A stretch of DNA of 64,000 nt from Squalus acanthias (Eukaryota). Where the stretch lies: assembly GCA_030390025.1 (NCBI GenBank), contig CM059433.1, positions 8,930,001-8,994,000 on the forward strand. Reading direction: 5' to 3'. The notes beneath the pieces were generated by a model that did no database searches, was not told the DNA's origin, and worked only from the letters and a program-made list of their open reading frames with translations. Position numbers and translations under genes: made by a program. Below are positions 38,088 to 51,830 of this stretch, in pieces (position 1 is the stretch's first letter; each line of letters begins with the position of its first letter).

Positions 38088-39905
38088 GGATTACGTCGGA
38101 TATACGTCACAGAAACAGGCCATTCGGCCCAACCAGTCCATGCCGGCGTTTATGCTCCACTCGAGCCTCCTCCTGTCTTTCCTCATCTAAATCTATCAGC
38201 CTAATCCTCTATTCCCTTCTCCCTCATATGCTTGTCTAGCCTCCCCTTAAATGCATCCATACTATTTTAAAGAGGATATGTGGAATAGATTCCCAGAAAA
38301 GTGGTGGTGACATGTCCATTGAGTAAATCAATTAACTTGTTTAAAAAAGAGCTAAATAAACATCTATCAAAGAACAGGGTTAGTGATTATGAAGATAAGA
38401 ATTAATACAGGTGAAAAATGGATTACGTCGGATATACGGCACAGAAACAGGCCATTCGGCCCAACCAGTCCATGCTGGTGTTTATGCTCCAATCGAGCCT
38501 CCTCCCGTCTTTCCTCATCTAAATCTATCAGCGTAACCCTCTATTCCCTTCTCCCTCATATGCTTGTCCAGCCTCCCCTTAAATGCATCCATACTATTCG
38601 CTTCAACCACTCCCTGTGGTAACGAGTTCCACATTCTCACCACTCTTTGGGTAAAGAGGTTTCTTCTGAATTCCCTATTAGATTTCTTGGTGACTATCTT
38701 ATATTGATGGTCTCTAGTTATGCTCTTCCCCACAAGTGGAAACATTCTCTTTGTATCCACTCTATCAAAATTTTTCATAATTTTAAAGACCGCTATTAGG
38801 TCACCCCTCAGCCTTCTTTTTTCAAGAGAAAAGAGACCCAGCTTGTTCATCCTTTACTGATATGTATACCCTCACATTTCTGGTATCATCCTTGTAAATC
38901 TTCTCTGCACTCTCTCCAGTGCCTCTATATCCTTTTTATAATATGGCGACCAGAACTGTACGCAGTACTCTAAGTGTGGTCTAACCAAGGTTCGATAGAG
39001 GTTTAGCATAACTTCCCTACTTTTCAATCCTATCCCTCTAGAAATAAACCCTAGTGCTTAGTTTGCTTTTTTTATGGCCTTGCTAACCTGTGTCGCAACT
39101 TTTAGTGATTTGTGTATTTGTACTGCGAGATCCCTTTGTTCCTCTACCCCACCTAGACTTACACCCTCCAAGTGATAAGTGACCTCTCTATTCTTCCTAC
39201 CAAAATGTAATACCTCACATTTATCTGTGTTGAGCTTCATTTGCCAATTATATGCCCATTCTGCAAGTTTATTAATGTCCTCCTGTAACTTGTTGCAGTC
39301 CTCCTCAGTATTGACTATCCCCCCCAATTTGGTGTCATGCACAAATTTAGAAATTGTGTTTTTGATTCCTAAGTCTAAATCGTTAATGTAAATTGTGAAC
39401 AGCAGTGGTCCCAGCACTGATCCTTGTGGAACACCACTACCCACCTTCTGCCACTGTGAATAGCTACCCTTTACTCCTACTCTCTGCTTTCTGTCCTGAA
39501 GCCAGCCAGCAATCCATTCTGCTACTTGTCCCCTGACTCCGCATTCTCTGACCTTGTTCATCAGTCTATTATGGGGTACCTTATCGAAGGCCTTTTGAAA
39601 ATCCAGATAAATTACATCTACTGCATTACCATTGTCTACTCTCTCTGTTACCTCTTCAAAAATTCAATAAGGTTAGTCAAGCAAGACTTTTCCTTTTGAA
39701 ATCCATGTTGACTATTCCTTATTATATTTTTGGTTTCTAAATGTTCTTCTATTTTCACCTTTAGTAGGGATTCCATTATTTTTCCTACCACCGATGTTAA
39801 GCTGACTGGTCTATAATTCCCTGGACATGTTCTATCCCCCTTCAAAAATATCGGTATTACGTTAGCTATCCGCCAGTCCTCTGGCACTGTACCTTTTTCT
39901 AACCT
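38088..39905 (-). mobile_element. CR1 fragments (short tail ~38088-38267; long RT-containing copy ~38420-39905)
   Basis: ORFs 39648-39917, 39058-39561 and 38515-38850 match CR1 ORF2. Confidence 0.9.
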
Positions 39906-40342
39906 GTCCTCCCTCAATCCTCCTGCCTCATCTGTAATCTACTCCCTGTCCAGTTCTGCTCAGAGCACATGCCTGGCAGGTCATTTATTACCTCGCTCAG
40001 CTCCAGAACTGACTTGGGACCACCACATAGTATAAACCCTGATAGATTTAATCCTGACAGAGTGCCACCCATTTTACAGTCGCAAACAGGGCCAAATCGG
40101 ACACTTGCCCTTCTCAGTCCCCTGAATTCAGAGTTTTAAGACCTATCATTTTCACCGAATGCAAATGCATGCAGACACATAACAATACAAACGGGGAACG
40201 ACACCCGGCAGATTCCTCCTACCTCCCTACATTACACCTCTCACAACCAAGCACCTTCCCCACACTATATGCCACAAATAGCCCTTCCCCAGTACCATTG
40301 CTTCCCTGACTTTTACCAGTGCGCTTGGAGCAAAAATAAATA

Positions 40343-40832
40343 CTCTGAATTTGCAGTCGGTATGACGGTGTACTCTCAGAGTACGCTGTCATACCGCCTT
40401 TGAAACTGACCGCAACTTTGGGATTTGGTGCAGTCGCGGTCTGTCAATGACAGCTCCAAAACTGGCTGCGTTGTGCTTTTCAAACTTTTCCAAAAAAACA
40501 TTTTTTAATTTTGTTTTAGGTTTGCCTTTTCCCCATATGAGAGCCCCAGTCTTTTTGTTTTGCTCTCTCTCTCTCTCGCTATTTTAAATCGTTAGAATTT
40601 TAAGGGCTTACCCACTTCCTTGTTCGCTGTCTGTGAGAGTTCTGCCTTTCGATTGGCTGCTTAGACAGCCGGTTGACGCCACGGCAGCTCGCGCGAGGGA
40701 ATCCCCATTAAGATCGGTTGAATTGAGTTCAAGGTTGGAAAACCCGAAGTTCTTGAGACAGGGATCGCGAGAGCCCTGTGCGGAGCCAGTGGGGAACGCC
40801 TTTGCTTCGCTGCTGGCCGCAAATTCCGGGCC
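40343..40832. mobile_element. Harbinger-type non-autonomous element
   Basis: Ends CTGAATTTGCAGTCGG ... GGCCGCAAATTCCGGGCC; similar to 13280-14484. Confidence 0.55.
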
Positions 40833-41117
40833 ATTTTTTTCCAGTGTTGTCTTTGGTAGCTTTAAACCTCAGTCATTTTGCAAAGGGAATTCAGCAGCCA
40901 GCCAAAGCCCATTACGTAGGGGGTGGCCTTACATAGCCAGGCGCTAACCTTTTCAAACATAAGTTAAATTCCCATTTTTTCTTCCAAGAGGGAAGTGGAA
41001 CGCTAAATCAAGCGTTCCACTTGCCTCTTGGAGCACAAGAGATGGGGAATGTCCCTGATCCGAGGTGAAGTGCTCAGCACCGCCACAAGTGGCCAAGCGT
41101 GGCACTGCCGCATTGCA

Positions 41118-41589
41118 GAAAGAAAGACTTGCATTTATATAGCGCCTTTCACAACCACCAGACATCTCAAAGCACTTTACAGCCAATGAAGTCCTTTTGG
41201 AGTGTAGTCACTGTTGTACTGTAGGAAATGCAGCAGCCAATTTGCACACAGCAAGCTCCCACAAACAGCAATGTGATAAAGACCAGATAATCTGTTTTTG
41301 TTATGTTGGTTGAGGGATAAATATTGACCCAGGACACCGGGGATAACTCCCCTGCTCTTCTTCAAATAGCGCCATGGGATCTTTTACGTCCACCTGGAAG
41401 AGCACACGGGGCCTCGGTTTAACGTCTCATCCGAAAGACGGCACCTCCAACAGTGCAGCACTCCCTCAGCACTGTGCTGGGAGTGTCAGCCTAGATTTAT
41501 GGTGCTCAAGTCCCTGGAGTGGGGGCTGTGAACCCACAACTTTCTGACTCAGAGGCGAGTGTGCTACCCACTGAGCCACAGCTGACACA
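41118..41589 (-). mobile_element. DeuSINE (SacSINE1-like)
   Basis: Reverse complement of the 23964-24440 SINE. Confidence 0.9.
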
Positions 41590-42054
41590 GGGGCTCTTCC
41601 CTGCATTAACGGGGAGGGCCCCACGCTGCTAGCTCTGCGGGTTTATTTTTAGATATGTGGGCCACCGGGGAGCGGGAGTGCAGCGCGACCAGTGGCCGAA
41701 AATAAATATTTTTAAAGATCGGCGGATTTTTTTTTTGGCCGGCCGCCCACCACGCCTTTAAGTTGCGTCCCGCGAGCGTTCAGCCTCACTGTTCGCGACC
41801 CCGGCAGCAGTCGGTAACATCACCCAGCGCTGCTGCGGGGGCGCAATCGCGAATTTTTCTTCCGGGGCGCTGCGCACACAGATGACGTCATGATCTCCGG
41901 GTGCAGAAGATCGGGGCGCTACCTGGTAGCGCCGCCGCTAACCTCCCGCGGAATTCGCAATTATCGCCTCGGGGGGGGGGGGGGGGGGTGCAAAGCCAGT
42001 TGCGCCCCATTAGCGCCTCCCACCGGAGGCTCAAACGAGGGGAATTTTGCCCCC

Positions 42055-42455
42055 GTAGAATTTACAGCTATTTGGCCCAACTAGTCCAGGCAGGTGTTTA
42101 CGCACCACATGAGCCTCCTACCACCAATCTTCATCTAACTCTAACAGGCATAACCTTCTCATCCTTTGTCCCTTATGTGTTTATCCAGCTTTCCCTTAAA
42201 TGCATCTACATGGCCACAACTACTCCCTGTGGTCGCGAGTTCAACACATTCTAACTGCGCTCTGGGTGAAGAAGTTTCCCCTGAATTCCCTATTGGATTT
42301 ATTAGTGACTATCTTATATTTAAGGCCCCTAGTTTTAGACTCTCCGACAAGTGCAAACATCTTCTCTACATCTACCCTATCAAACCTTTTCTTTATCTCA
42401 AAGACCTCTATCAGGTCCCCTCTCAGTCTCATTTCTAGAGAAGTGAGCCCATACT
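42055..42455 (-). mobile_element. CR1 3' fragment
   Basis: ORF 42241-42483 LRGDLIEVF...FRGNFFTQ. Confidence 0.8.
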
Positions 42456-43321
42456 GATGCATTGTTGTCTGATTTGTGTCCACAATAAATGGACATTTTC
42501 AACTATATACAGACTTTCACTTTGAATCTGACTTTAATTCCCTTTTTGAATTTCGGGGATTGTTGTTGTTTTCGTATCTTCGCACCCTTCCCTTGACGAA
42601 TAGCGTGAAGTAATGGAAGTATTTTGCAGGCGGACTAACCGTCTGACACGAACGCTCCTTCCATGGCCGTAACTATCTTTATACTGTACCAGCTGAAAGG
42701 GTGGTTGTTTTTATACAGCAGGAGGAATTTCACGGGCTCCCACCGTCCCGTACGATGGGACGGGGGGCGGGGAGGGGGCACCCACCGAATGTCGATGCAG
42801 AAATCAGAGCCAGAGCTGCGCTCTCCACTCACCGGGACTGTCTGGAGCAGGGTTTGAACCCCTGCACCTTCTGGCTCAAGGGGTTGGAACTGTTGCCACT
42901 GAACCAGAGGCTCACTCCAAATTTCAGTGAAGTATTCAAAATCCAGGATGTCCCAGGAACCTTTTTCCTGGATATAAAAGAGGTAATTCTGTTGGAAGTA
43001 GTTGGAGAATCACGTGGGCTGTTGAGAATCTCCTGAAAAAAAAACAGCTTGAAAATCTCAGAAAAGCAACCAGGAAACCGTCTGAAAAGAACCGATACGG
43101 ATAATACTCCTGAAGGATAGAGAAATGGAGAAATGATGTGTATTTAAAAGTCAGTCATACAAGATGTCATTAAGAAAAGCTTCATTTCAAGTGCTTTCTA
43201 TTTTGACTCCAGGAAGCAGAGTGCGGGTGAGGCAGGAAGATTGAGGGAGGTGGGGTTATCCTGGTTTGGGATCAAAGTTGCTTTGATGACGATGAAAGTT
43301 CATTGAAAATCAGGGAGACCG

Positions 43322-44067
43322 AATGGTAGGACACTGAGAAGTGCAGAGGATCAGAGGGACCTTGGAGTGCATGTCCACAGATCCCTGAAGGTAGCAGGAC
43401 AGGTAGATAAGGTGGTTAAGAAGGCATACGGGATACTTGCCTTTATTAGCCGAGGCATAGAATACAAGAGCAGGGAGGTTACGTTTGAACTGTATAAAAC
43501 ACTAGTTAGGCCGCAGCTAGAGTACTGCGTGCAGTTCTGGTCATCACATTACAGGAAGGATGTGATTGCACTGGAGGGGGTGCAGAGGAGATTTACGAGG
43601 ATGTTGCCTGGGCTGGGTAATTTTAGCTATGAGGAAAGATTGGCTAGGCTGGGCTTGTTTTCTTTGGAACAGAGGAGGCTGAGGGGAGACCTAATTGAGG
43701 TGTATAAAATTATGAGGGGCCTAGATCGAGTGGATAGGAAGGACCTATTTCCCTTGGCAGAGGGGTCGATAATCAGGGGGCATAGATTTAAAGTGATTGG
43801 TTGGAGGTTCAGAGGGGATTTGAGGAGAATTTTTGTCACCCAAAGGGTGGTGGGGGTCTGGAACTCACTGCCTGAAAGGGTGGTAGAGGCAGAGACCCTC
43901 ATCACATTTAAAAAGTACTTGGATATGGACTTGAAGTGCCGTAACTGACAGGGCTATGGACCAAGAGCTGGAAAGTGGGATTAGGGTGGAGAGCTCTTTG
44001 TCGGCCGGCACGGACAAGATGGGCCGAATGGCCTCCTTCTGTGCTGTAAATGTCTGTGATTCTATGA
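43322..44067 (+). mobile_element. CR1 3' fragment
   Basis: ORF 43367-43948; CR1 hairpin and tail. Confidence 0.92.
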
Positions 44068-45305
44068 GACAGACAAAGCGGGCGACTAAAGCAACTCAAT
44101 TTCATTTTGTTGCTACTAAAAAATTCAAAACAAATGATTGCTCGCAGTGAGCAAGATCTACTGATAAAACAGTAGAAACTGAACCAATTGAATCGCTCAA
44201 AATATTCCTAAAACGACAAATCAGAAGTCTGTAACTGTGAGCAGCGAGGGGAAATCTGCCAAAAAAATAAACAGAAACTGAATCAACCCAACTATTTTTT
44301 TCAAAACTTTTTTGGCTGCCGTTTTTTTTTCTTCAGTCAACCAACTGCACGTTTGCGGAGGAAAAAAAAATCTGAAAATAGGGTTTGTGACATAATAAAA
44401 GCATCAAAAAATATACATTTCACAATGGCACAACTGAACGTAACTCTAAAATTGTGTCGCGTCTTTCGAGTACCGTCATTGACATTTCTACTTGAGGGCC
44501 TCAGCCTCGTTCAGGAGATCATTTTAGTTGATAATCTTCTCCGGGCTATCATTCTGTCAGCTGCAGGGAGTTACCAGCTACAACTGGGCCTGGAATTCCC
44601 ACGTTGCCGCAGTCTGAACGAATGCCATGCTTAGAATCTCCTCGAACAAATCAGTATATTTTCCAAGTGTAACAACTGAAAGCGCATGTCTTTCCTCCGG
44701 CTTGAAGGCTACTTCTAAGCTTATTGTTTTTCCAAACTTTTGCGGGGGGGTTTTTTGAAACACTAAAGCATGAATTTTAGAAGCTCTTTTGAGATAAGCT
44801 TTTCCAGGAAAACTATTTTCATGTGCGTATTTTTCCTTCAGAGAGACGCAAAGAGACAGATAGAAGGGAAGGATCAGAGCAGTTGTGTTTTGTACCGAGA
44901 ATTCAAAAGCAATGGGGGGTAATTGGTCACCTTCACTGCTTGGATGGTAAACTGGCAGAGCAGCTCGCCTGCTCGCTAGAGGACCTGTCCCCATTTTAAT
45001 TTCCATTGGTTTCGATGATCATTTAACCAAAGACGTGTTTAATTTTCTCAGTCCGGTAGATGAAATTTAATGCCGACATGTGCTACACACAGGAAGGAAA
45101 AAACAGACAAACATGCATACTCCATGGTGTTGAAATAGCTATAGATGAAGCTGAAAGAGACCTTGGTAAACCCGACAACAACCTGCATTTATATAGCGCC
45201 TTTAAGGTACCAAAAACGTCCCAAGGTGCCAAAAAAGGAGATATTAGAACAGGAGACCAAAAGCTTGGTCAAAGATTTTAAGGAGCGTCTTAAAGGAGGA
45301 GAAAG

Positions 45306-48116
45306 GTAAATAAGGTTGGTGAGCTGCAGGCGCAAATAACCACGTGAGAATATGATGTCGTGGTGATAACGGAGACCTGGCTCAAAAAAGGTAGGATTGG
45401 GTACTAAATGCTCCTGGTTATAAGGTGTTCAGGAAAGATAGGGAAGGAAAGAAAGGAGGTGGGTTGGCAGTATTGATTAAGGAGAATATTACAGTGCTGG
45501 AGAGAGAGGATGTCCTGGAGGGGTCAAGGACAGAATCTATTTGGTTAGAGTTAAGAAACAATAGAGGTGCCATTACACTACTGGGTGTATTCTATAGGCT
45601 GCCAACAAGTGGGAAGGATATAGAGGAGCAAATTTGTAGGGAAATTACAGAGAGGTGCAAGAACTGCAGAGTAGTGATAATGGGGGACTTCAACTATCCT
45701 AATAAAGACAGGGATAGTAAAAGTGTAAAGGGCAGAGAGGGGGAAGAATTTCTGAAGTGTGTTCAGGAGAACTTTCTTGATCAGTATGTTTCCAGCCCAA
45801 CGAGGAAGGAGGTATTGCTGGATCTGGTTCTGGGGAATGAGGTGGGTTGAGTGGAGCAAGTATCAGTAGGGGAACATTTAGGGAACAGTGATCATTGTAT
45901 CATAAGGTTTAGATTAGCTATGGAAAAGGACAGGGAGCAATCTAGAGTAAAAATACTTTATTGGAGGGAGGCCAATTTCAGTGGGTTGAGAATGGATGTG
46001 GCCTGGGTAAATCGGCATCAAATATTGGCAGGCAAAACTGTAATTGAACAATGGGCTCCCTTTAAAGAGGAGATGGTTCGGGTACAGTCGAGGTACATTC
46101 CCAAGAGGGGGAAAGGTAGGGCAACTGAAGTCAGAGCTCCCTGGATGATGAAAGAGACAGAGAGTAAGATGAAGCAGAAAAAGGGCGCGTATGGCAGATA
46201 TCAGGTTGAGAATACAAGTGAGAACCAGGCTGAATATTGAAAGTTCAGAGGGGAAGTGAAAAAGAAAATAAGAGAGTCAAAGAGAGAGTATGAGAATAGA
46301 TTGACAACTAACATAAAAGGGAATTCAAAAGTCTTCTATAAGCATATAAACAGTAAACGGGTAGTAAGAGGAAGGGTGGGGCCGATTAGGGACCAAAAAG
46401 GAGACCTATGCATGGAGGCAGAGGGCATGGCTAAGGTGCTAAATGAGTACTTTGCATCTGTCTTAACCAAGGAAGAGATGCTGCCAAAGTCATAGTGAAA
46501 GAGGAGGTAGTTCAGATACTGGATGGGATAAAAATTGATTAAAAGGAGGTACTGGAAAGGCTGGCTGTACTTAAAGTAGAGAAGTCACCAGGACCGGATG
46601 GGATGCATCCTAGGATGCTGAGGGAAGTAAAGGTGGAAATTGCAAAGGTACTGGCCATAATCTTCCAATCCTCGTTAGATATGGGGGTGGTGCCAGAGGA
46701 CTGGAGAATTGCAAATGTTACACCTTTGTTCAGAAAAGGGTGTAAGGATAAACCCAGCAACTACAGGCCAGTCAGTTTAACCTCGGTAGTGGGGAAGCTT
46801 TTAGAAATGATAATCAGGGACAAAAGTAACAGTCACTTGGACAAGTGTGGATTAATTAAGGAAAGCCAGGACGGATTTGTTAAAAGCAAATCGTGTTTAA
46901 CTAACTTGATTGAGTTTTTTAATGAGGTAACAGAGAGGGTTGATGAGGGCAATGCGGTTGATGTAGTGTACATGGACCTCCAAAAGGCGTTTGATAAAGT
47001 GCCACATAATAGGTTTGGCAGCAAAGTTGAAGCCCATGGAATAAAAGGGACAGTGGCAGCATGGATATGAAATTGGCTAAGTGACAGGAAACAGAGAGTA
47101 GTGGTGAACGGTTGTTTTTCGGACTGGAGGAACATACACAGTGGTGTTCCCCAGGGGTCGGTACCAGGACCACTGCTTTTCTTGCTATATATTAATGACT
47201 TGGACTTGGGTGTACAGGGCACAATTTCAAAATTTGCAGATGACACAAACTTGGAAGTATAGTGAACAGTGAGGAGGATAGTGATAGACTTCAAGAGGGC
47301 ATAGACAGCTGATGGAATGGGCAGACACGTGGCAGAAGAAATTTAACGCAGAAAAGTGCGAAGAGGCAATATAAACTAAAGGGGGTGCATGAACAGAGAG
47401 ACCTGGGGGTATGTGTGCATAAATCGTTGAAGGTGGCAGGGCAGGTTGAGAAAGCACTTAAAAAAGGATACGGGATACTAAGCTTCATAAATAGAGGCAT
47501 AGAGTACAAAAGCAAGGAAGTTATGATGAACTTTTATAAAATACTTGTTCGGCCTCAACTGGAGTATTGTGTCCAATTCTGGGCACCACACTTTAGGAAG
47601 GTTGTGAAGATCTTAAAGAAGGTGCAGAAAAGATTTACAAGAATGGTTCCAGCGATGAGAGATTTCGATTACATGGTTAGACTAGAGAAGCTGGGGTCAT
47701 TCTCCTTAGAGCAGAGAAGGTTGAGAGGAGATTTGATAGAGGTGTTCAATATCATGAGGGGTCTAGACAGTGTAGATAGAGAGAAACTGTTCCCATTGGC
47801 GGAAGGGTCGAGAACCAGAGGACACAGATTTAAGGTGATTGGCAGAAGAACCAAAGGCGACATGAGGAAAAACTTTTTTACGCAGCGCGTGGTTAAGATC
47901 TGGAATGCGCTGCCTGAGAGGGTGGTGGAGGCAGACTCAATCATGGCTTTCAAAAGGGAATTGGATAAGTACCTGAAGGAAACAAATTTGCAGGGCTACG
48001 GGGAAAGGGTGGGGGAGTGGGACTAGCTGAAGTGCACATGCAGAGAGCCGGCACAGGCTAGACGGGCCGAATGGCCTCCTTCTGTGCTGTAACCAGTCTA
48101 TGATTCGATGGTTCTA
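45306..48116 (+). mobile_element. Near-complete CR1 ORF2 (APE, RT, C-terminus; disrupted) inserted in an antisense L2 3' end (~45175-48220)
   Basis: Collinear ORFs 45425-48026: GDFNYP, SDHCIIRF, NYRPVSLTSVVGK, MDLQKAFDKV, RPQLEYCVQFWAP; GAAAG on both sides. Confidence 0.93.
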
Positions 48117-48842
48117 TGAAAGAGCTAGAGAGGTTTAGGGAGGGAATACCAGACCTTAGGGTCTAGACGGCTGAAGGCACGGCCACCAATGGTGGGGCAA
48201 AGGAAGTGGGGGATGCACTGGATTGGAGGAACTGCACTGTTAGCATAGTGGAGCGTCACAGATGAAGCATGCACAGCACTCGGGGAACTGTTCACCTATT
48301 TTCCAAATATACATTTTAGCATGGCACTCTGTACTCCTGTATGCCCTATTCATCGCCTTATCTGGCCAGGGTTGTCATCTGCTACTGGTTAAGTCAGGTT
48401 CAGTAAACACAGTGGCAGTGATTCTGTGATCTGATGGTCCCATGGGTAGCTGTGCTCACAAAAAGCGCAGCGTGTGAAAATCGCAACCAATGATTTTCTG
48501 TGGTGGGCGGGGGTGGGGGGGGCATGTCAAACAATGTACTGCAGATGGCAGTGCAGGTGTGGTCTACCAGCAGCACACTGGAGGTCCATTTAACAGCGTT
48601 GTGGTCCACTTCGAAACATGCGGCAGATCCAGGAATATCCGCGCCGGAAACCCCACAGCAGAGGCTTTAAGAGCAGAGCTTGCTTACTGCAGGAATGCTC
48701 AGACTGAGGACATAGAGGCCTCAGATGCCAAATCGGAGAGGGTTAGCAAACCAGTTGCAGACAGCCATCACACAGGACGTCACTGATCACACTAGGTCTG
48801 TTCTACTGCAGTTCTGTGGCCATGCAGATCCAGTGGCCAGTA

Positions 48843-49403
48843 CTAGTACTGCGTGCAGTTCTGGTCGCCATATTATAAAAAGGATATAGAGGCACTGGAG
48901 AGGGTGCAGAGAAGATTTACAAGGATGATACCAGAAATGCGAAGGTATACCTATCAGGAAAGGATGAACAGGCTGGGTCTCTTTTCTCTTGAAAAAAGAA
49001 GGCTGAGGGGTGACCTAATAGAGGTCTTTAAAATTATGAAAAATTTTGATAGAGTGGATACAGAGAGAACGTTTCCACTTGTGGGGAAGAGCATAACTAG
49101 AGGCCATCAATATAAGATAGTCACCAAGAAATCCAATAGGGAATTCAGAAGAAACTTCTTTGCCCAGAGAGTGGTAAGAATGTGGAACTCGCTACCACAG
49201 GGAGTGGTTGAAGCAAATAATATAGATGGATTTAAGGGGAGGCTGGACAATCATATGAGGGAGAAGGGAATAGAGGGTTATGATGATAGATTTAGATGAG
49301 GAAAGATGGGAGGAGGCTCGAGTGGAGCATAAACGCCGGCATGGACTGGTTGGGCCGAATGGCCTGTTTCTGTGCCGCATATCCTATGTAATCCTATGTA
49401 ATG
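48843..49403 (+). mobile_element. CR1 3' fragment
   Basis: ORF 48853-49299; (ATCCTATGTA) tail. Confidence 0.9.
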
Positions 49404-49424
49404 TAATTATTGGTCAAATACAAG

Positions 49425-49875
49425 GGGCTGGATTTTCATAGGGCTGTGGAGGCGGGTTTGGAGGCGTGTGGGGGGTTAAAATTGCAAAAAGTGGCGGGCG
49501 GACCTGATCCCGTCTCCATTCCGCCTCCACGCAATTTTGATAAAATCGTGTGCGGTGTTCCTGACTCCGTCCCGCCTCCAAGAGGCGGGAGAGGCCATTA
49601 AAGCCCTTAACAAGCCCTAAATTGGCTCTGTAATGCCATTTTGAAACGTTTTAGCTAGTTTAACCCTTTTCTGACGTAAAGCACGCCTGATGTGAAACAC
49701 TCCAGTGAAACCTGGCGGGAGCACAAGTGGATAGCTGACTATCAGCTGCAGGTCCACTATTACAACGGAGATGTGATGAAGGTGGTAGTAGTATTAGGTC
49801 TGAAAGTCGCCTCTGATGCTGCTGCATTGAATGGCTTCACAGACTGCCTGGCCTTTGCTGGGAGAGGACCTGGAT

Positions 49876-49906
<31 letters not shown>

Positions 49907-50171
49907 GATGCTGCTGCTCATTTTGCATCCAGGTCCTCTCACAGCAAAGGCCAGGCAGTCTCTGACCTGCAATGCAGCAGCAATGATGACATCATCAGAG
50001 GCGACTTTCAGACTGAAAACACTAATTGGTTCATGGGTTCCCACATGCTGGAACTCAATTGCCCAATTAGGTGAAAATTGCATCAATCTCCCACATCCAA
50101 TTGCAGTCGGGTGGATAACACGAAATGCGGATGACATGACCCCAACCCGCCCCGGTATCAAAATCCAGCCC
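49425..50171. mobile_element. Harbinger-type MITE, TSD AAG
   Basis: GGGCTGGATTTT ... AAAATCCAGCCC flanked by AAG/AAG. Confidence 0.88.
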
Positions 50172-50418
50172 AAGGTGTGCAATATCTCAGGCTGCAGCAT
50201 GTGGAAGTCCTTGCACCAGTCCCCTCCTGGTAAGATGGAGACAGGGCTAGGCAGAAGCACAAGAGGAGCAGAGGGCAGCAGGTTCACCCCAGGACTGTGG
50301 TGAAATGAGGACCAGTTCAGTCCCAAGAGGCTCCTCCTGACAAACAAAAGGCAGGTACCTCACACACCCCGGCCACTCGGGCAACACCAGTGACATGCAC
50401 TAGGTTTTAAGAATTTAT

Positions 50419-51311
50419 GGGGGGGAAATTCAGTATCGCCCCATTTGGGGTGCAATTATCGTCCGGGCGCAAAGATTAGCGCCTGGTGCTAATTATCGCC
50501 ACCGACTGCAAACTTGACTTTTATCGCCCCTGGAGGTGATTGGAGCGCTAAATCAGGCGCTACACACCTCTCTTAAGGCGCAAAGGCCGAGGAGCGAGGC
50601 GCTACCTCAGAGCGCTGGCGAAGCTCATGTGATGTCAGTCAGCAATGGAACATAGACACAATGGCGCCAGCCAGTTCTTAAAGGGGAGGGTTGATCTTGC
50701 TTTCCATCCACATCCTGCTCATTGCAGCCTTGAATCTCGGCCTGGAGAGACCTGCACATCAAATCTGCTGGAAAGAACAATGGAGAGTACCAGGGAAAGA
50801 GCTCAGAGTGCAGCCCCCACAGTCTCTTCTAAATCGTTACAAGGAAGGGCAAATCAAAATGAACCTGCAAAGTGCTGCTCAGTACCCAAAACTCCTTCAC
50901 ACAGCGTTGAATCTCTCCAGAAGTCTCTCTCTCTCTCTCTCAGAAAGCGTGGTTCTAAAATGTCACCAACAATAAAAGGCAGGAAGCGGTCACCTTTAAA
51001 TAGCGCTCCCCCAGTCCCTTCCTGACTGCAAAACGCTCCCCTCAACCTGTCGTTGCTAGCGGCAGGCGGTAAGGCAGGGGGCGCCACTCAATATCCGCTC
51101 CGGGGCAATACCGGGGCGTTGCGCACTCGACTGACGTCACGATCTGCCGGCGCAGGAGATCGTGGCGGTAGTGTTTAGCGCCGCCGCAAAATGTCTAGTT
51201 AATTTCACGAGCGGCGCAAATATCGCCACGCCCGGGCACTAGACACTTTGCGCCCCATTAGCGCCCTCTTAAGGTGCTAACGGGAGGCGCAACCAACTGA
51301 ATTTTTCCCCC
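50419..51311. mobile_element. 893-bp Harbinger-type non-autonomous element, TSD TAT
   Basis: Same TIRs and length as 27594-28486; TAT at 50416-50418 and 51312-51314. Confidence 0.92.
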
Positions 51312-51569
51312 TATGTCTCACACACAGACACCCAGGGGAACCACAGTGTGGGTTGGGAATAAAATGATAGCACCACTAAAGTTGTTCTACGTGCAGACAT
51401 TGCCTTTAGCAAGGTTTGGAAGTGGCTCTGATGAGGGAGCACAATTGCAAACTTTGTGAATTGATATGAACAGAGAAAGGTCTGCAGTTGATAGCATTTT
51501 TGTGGAGGGAAAGGGGAAGATATGGACTAGATTGTTCATACGCTGGCCAGATGTGGTAGTCAAGAGAAG

Positions 51570-51830
51570 GTCTCCCCATATCAGATTGGCATGAATATCT
51601 CTTGCAGCTGACAACAGGCTGTCCTCCGCTTCTTCTTCAGGCTGCTGCTCCTCTTGCTGATGCTCTTGTGCTTTATTGGAAAACTTTGTCCTCTGGGGTG
51701 TCCATGAGGAAGCATCTTTCCAAGACAAGGTTGTGCAGCATTCAGTACACCACCACAATCCTCAAGGCCCTCGCCAGCCTATGCAGCAGGACACCCGCAG
51801 GTCAAATCCCTCACCCAGACAACACTAACA
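51570..51830 (-). mobile_element. Degraded Harbinger transposase C-terminal remnant
   Basis: RIVVV.*MLHNL and acidic EEQQPEEEAED...AARDIHANLI resemble the 58978-59358 C-terminus. Confidence 0.55.

Noticed and set aside
49692..50347. ~200-aa ORFs on both strands (related ORFs at 36 kb and 54.8 kb)
   Set aside because: They lie within a multicopy MITE, vary between copies and show no domain features
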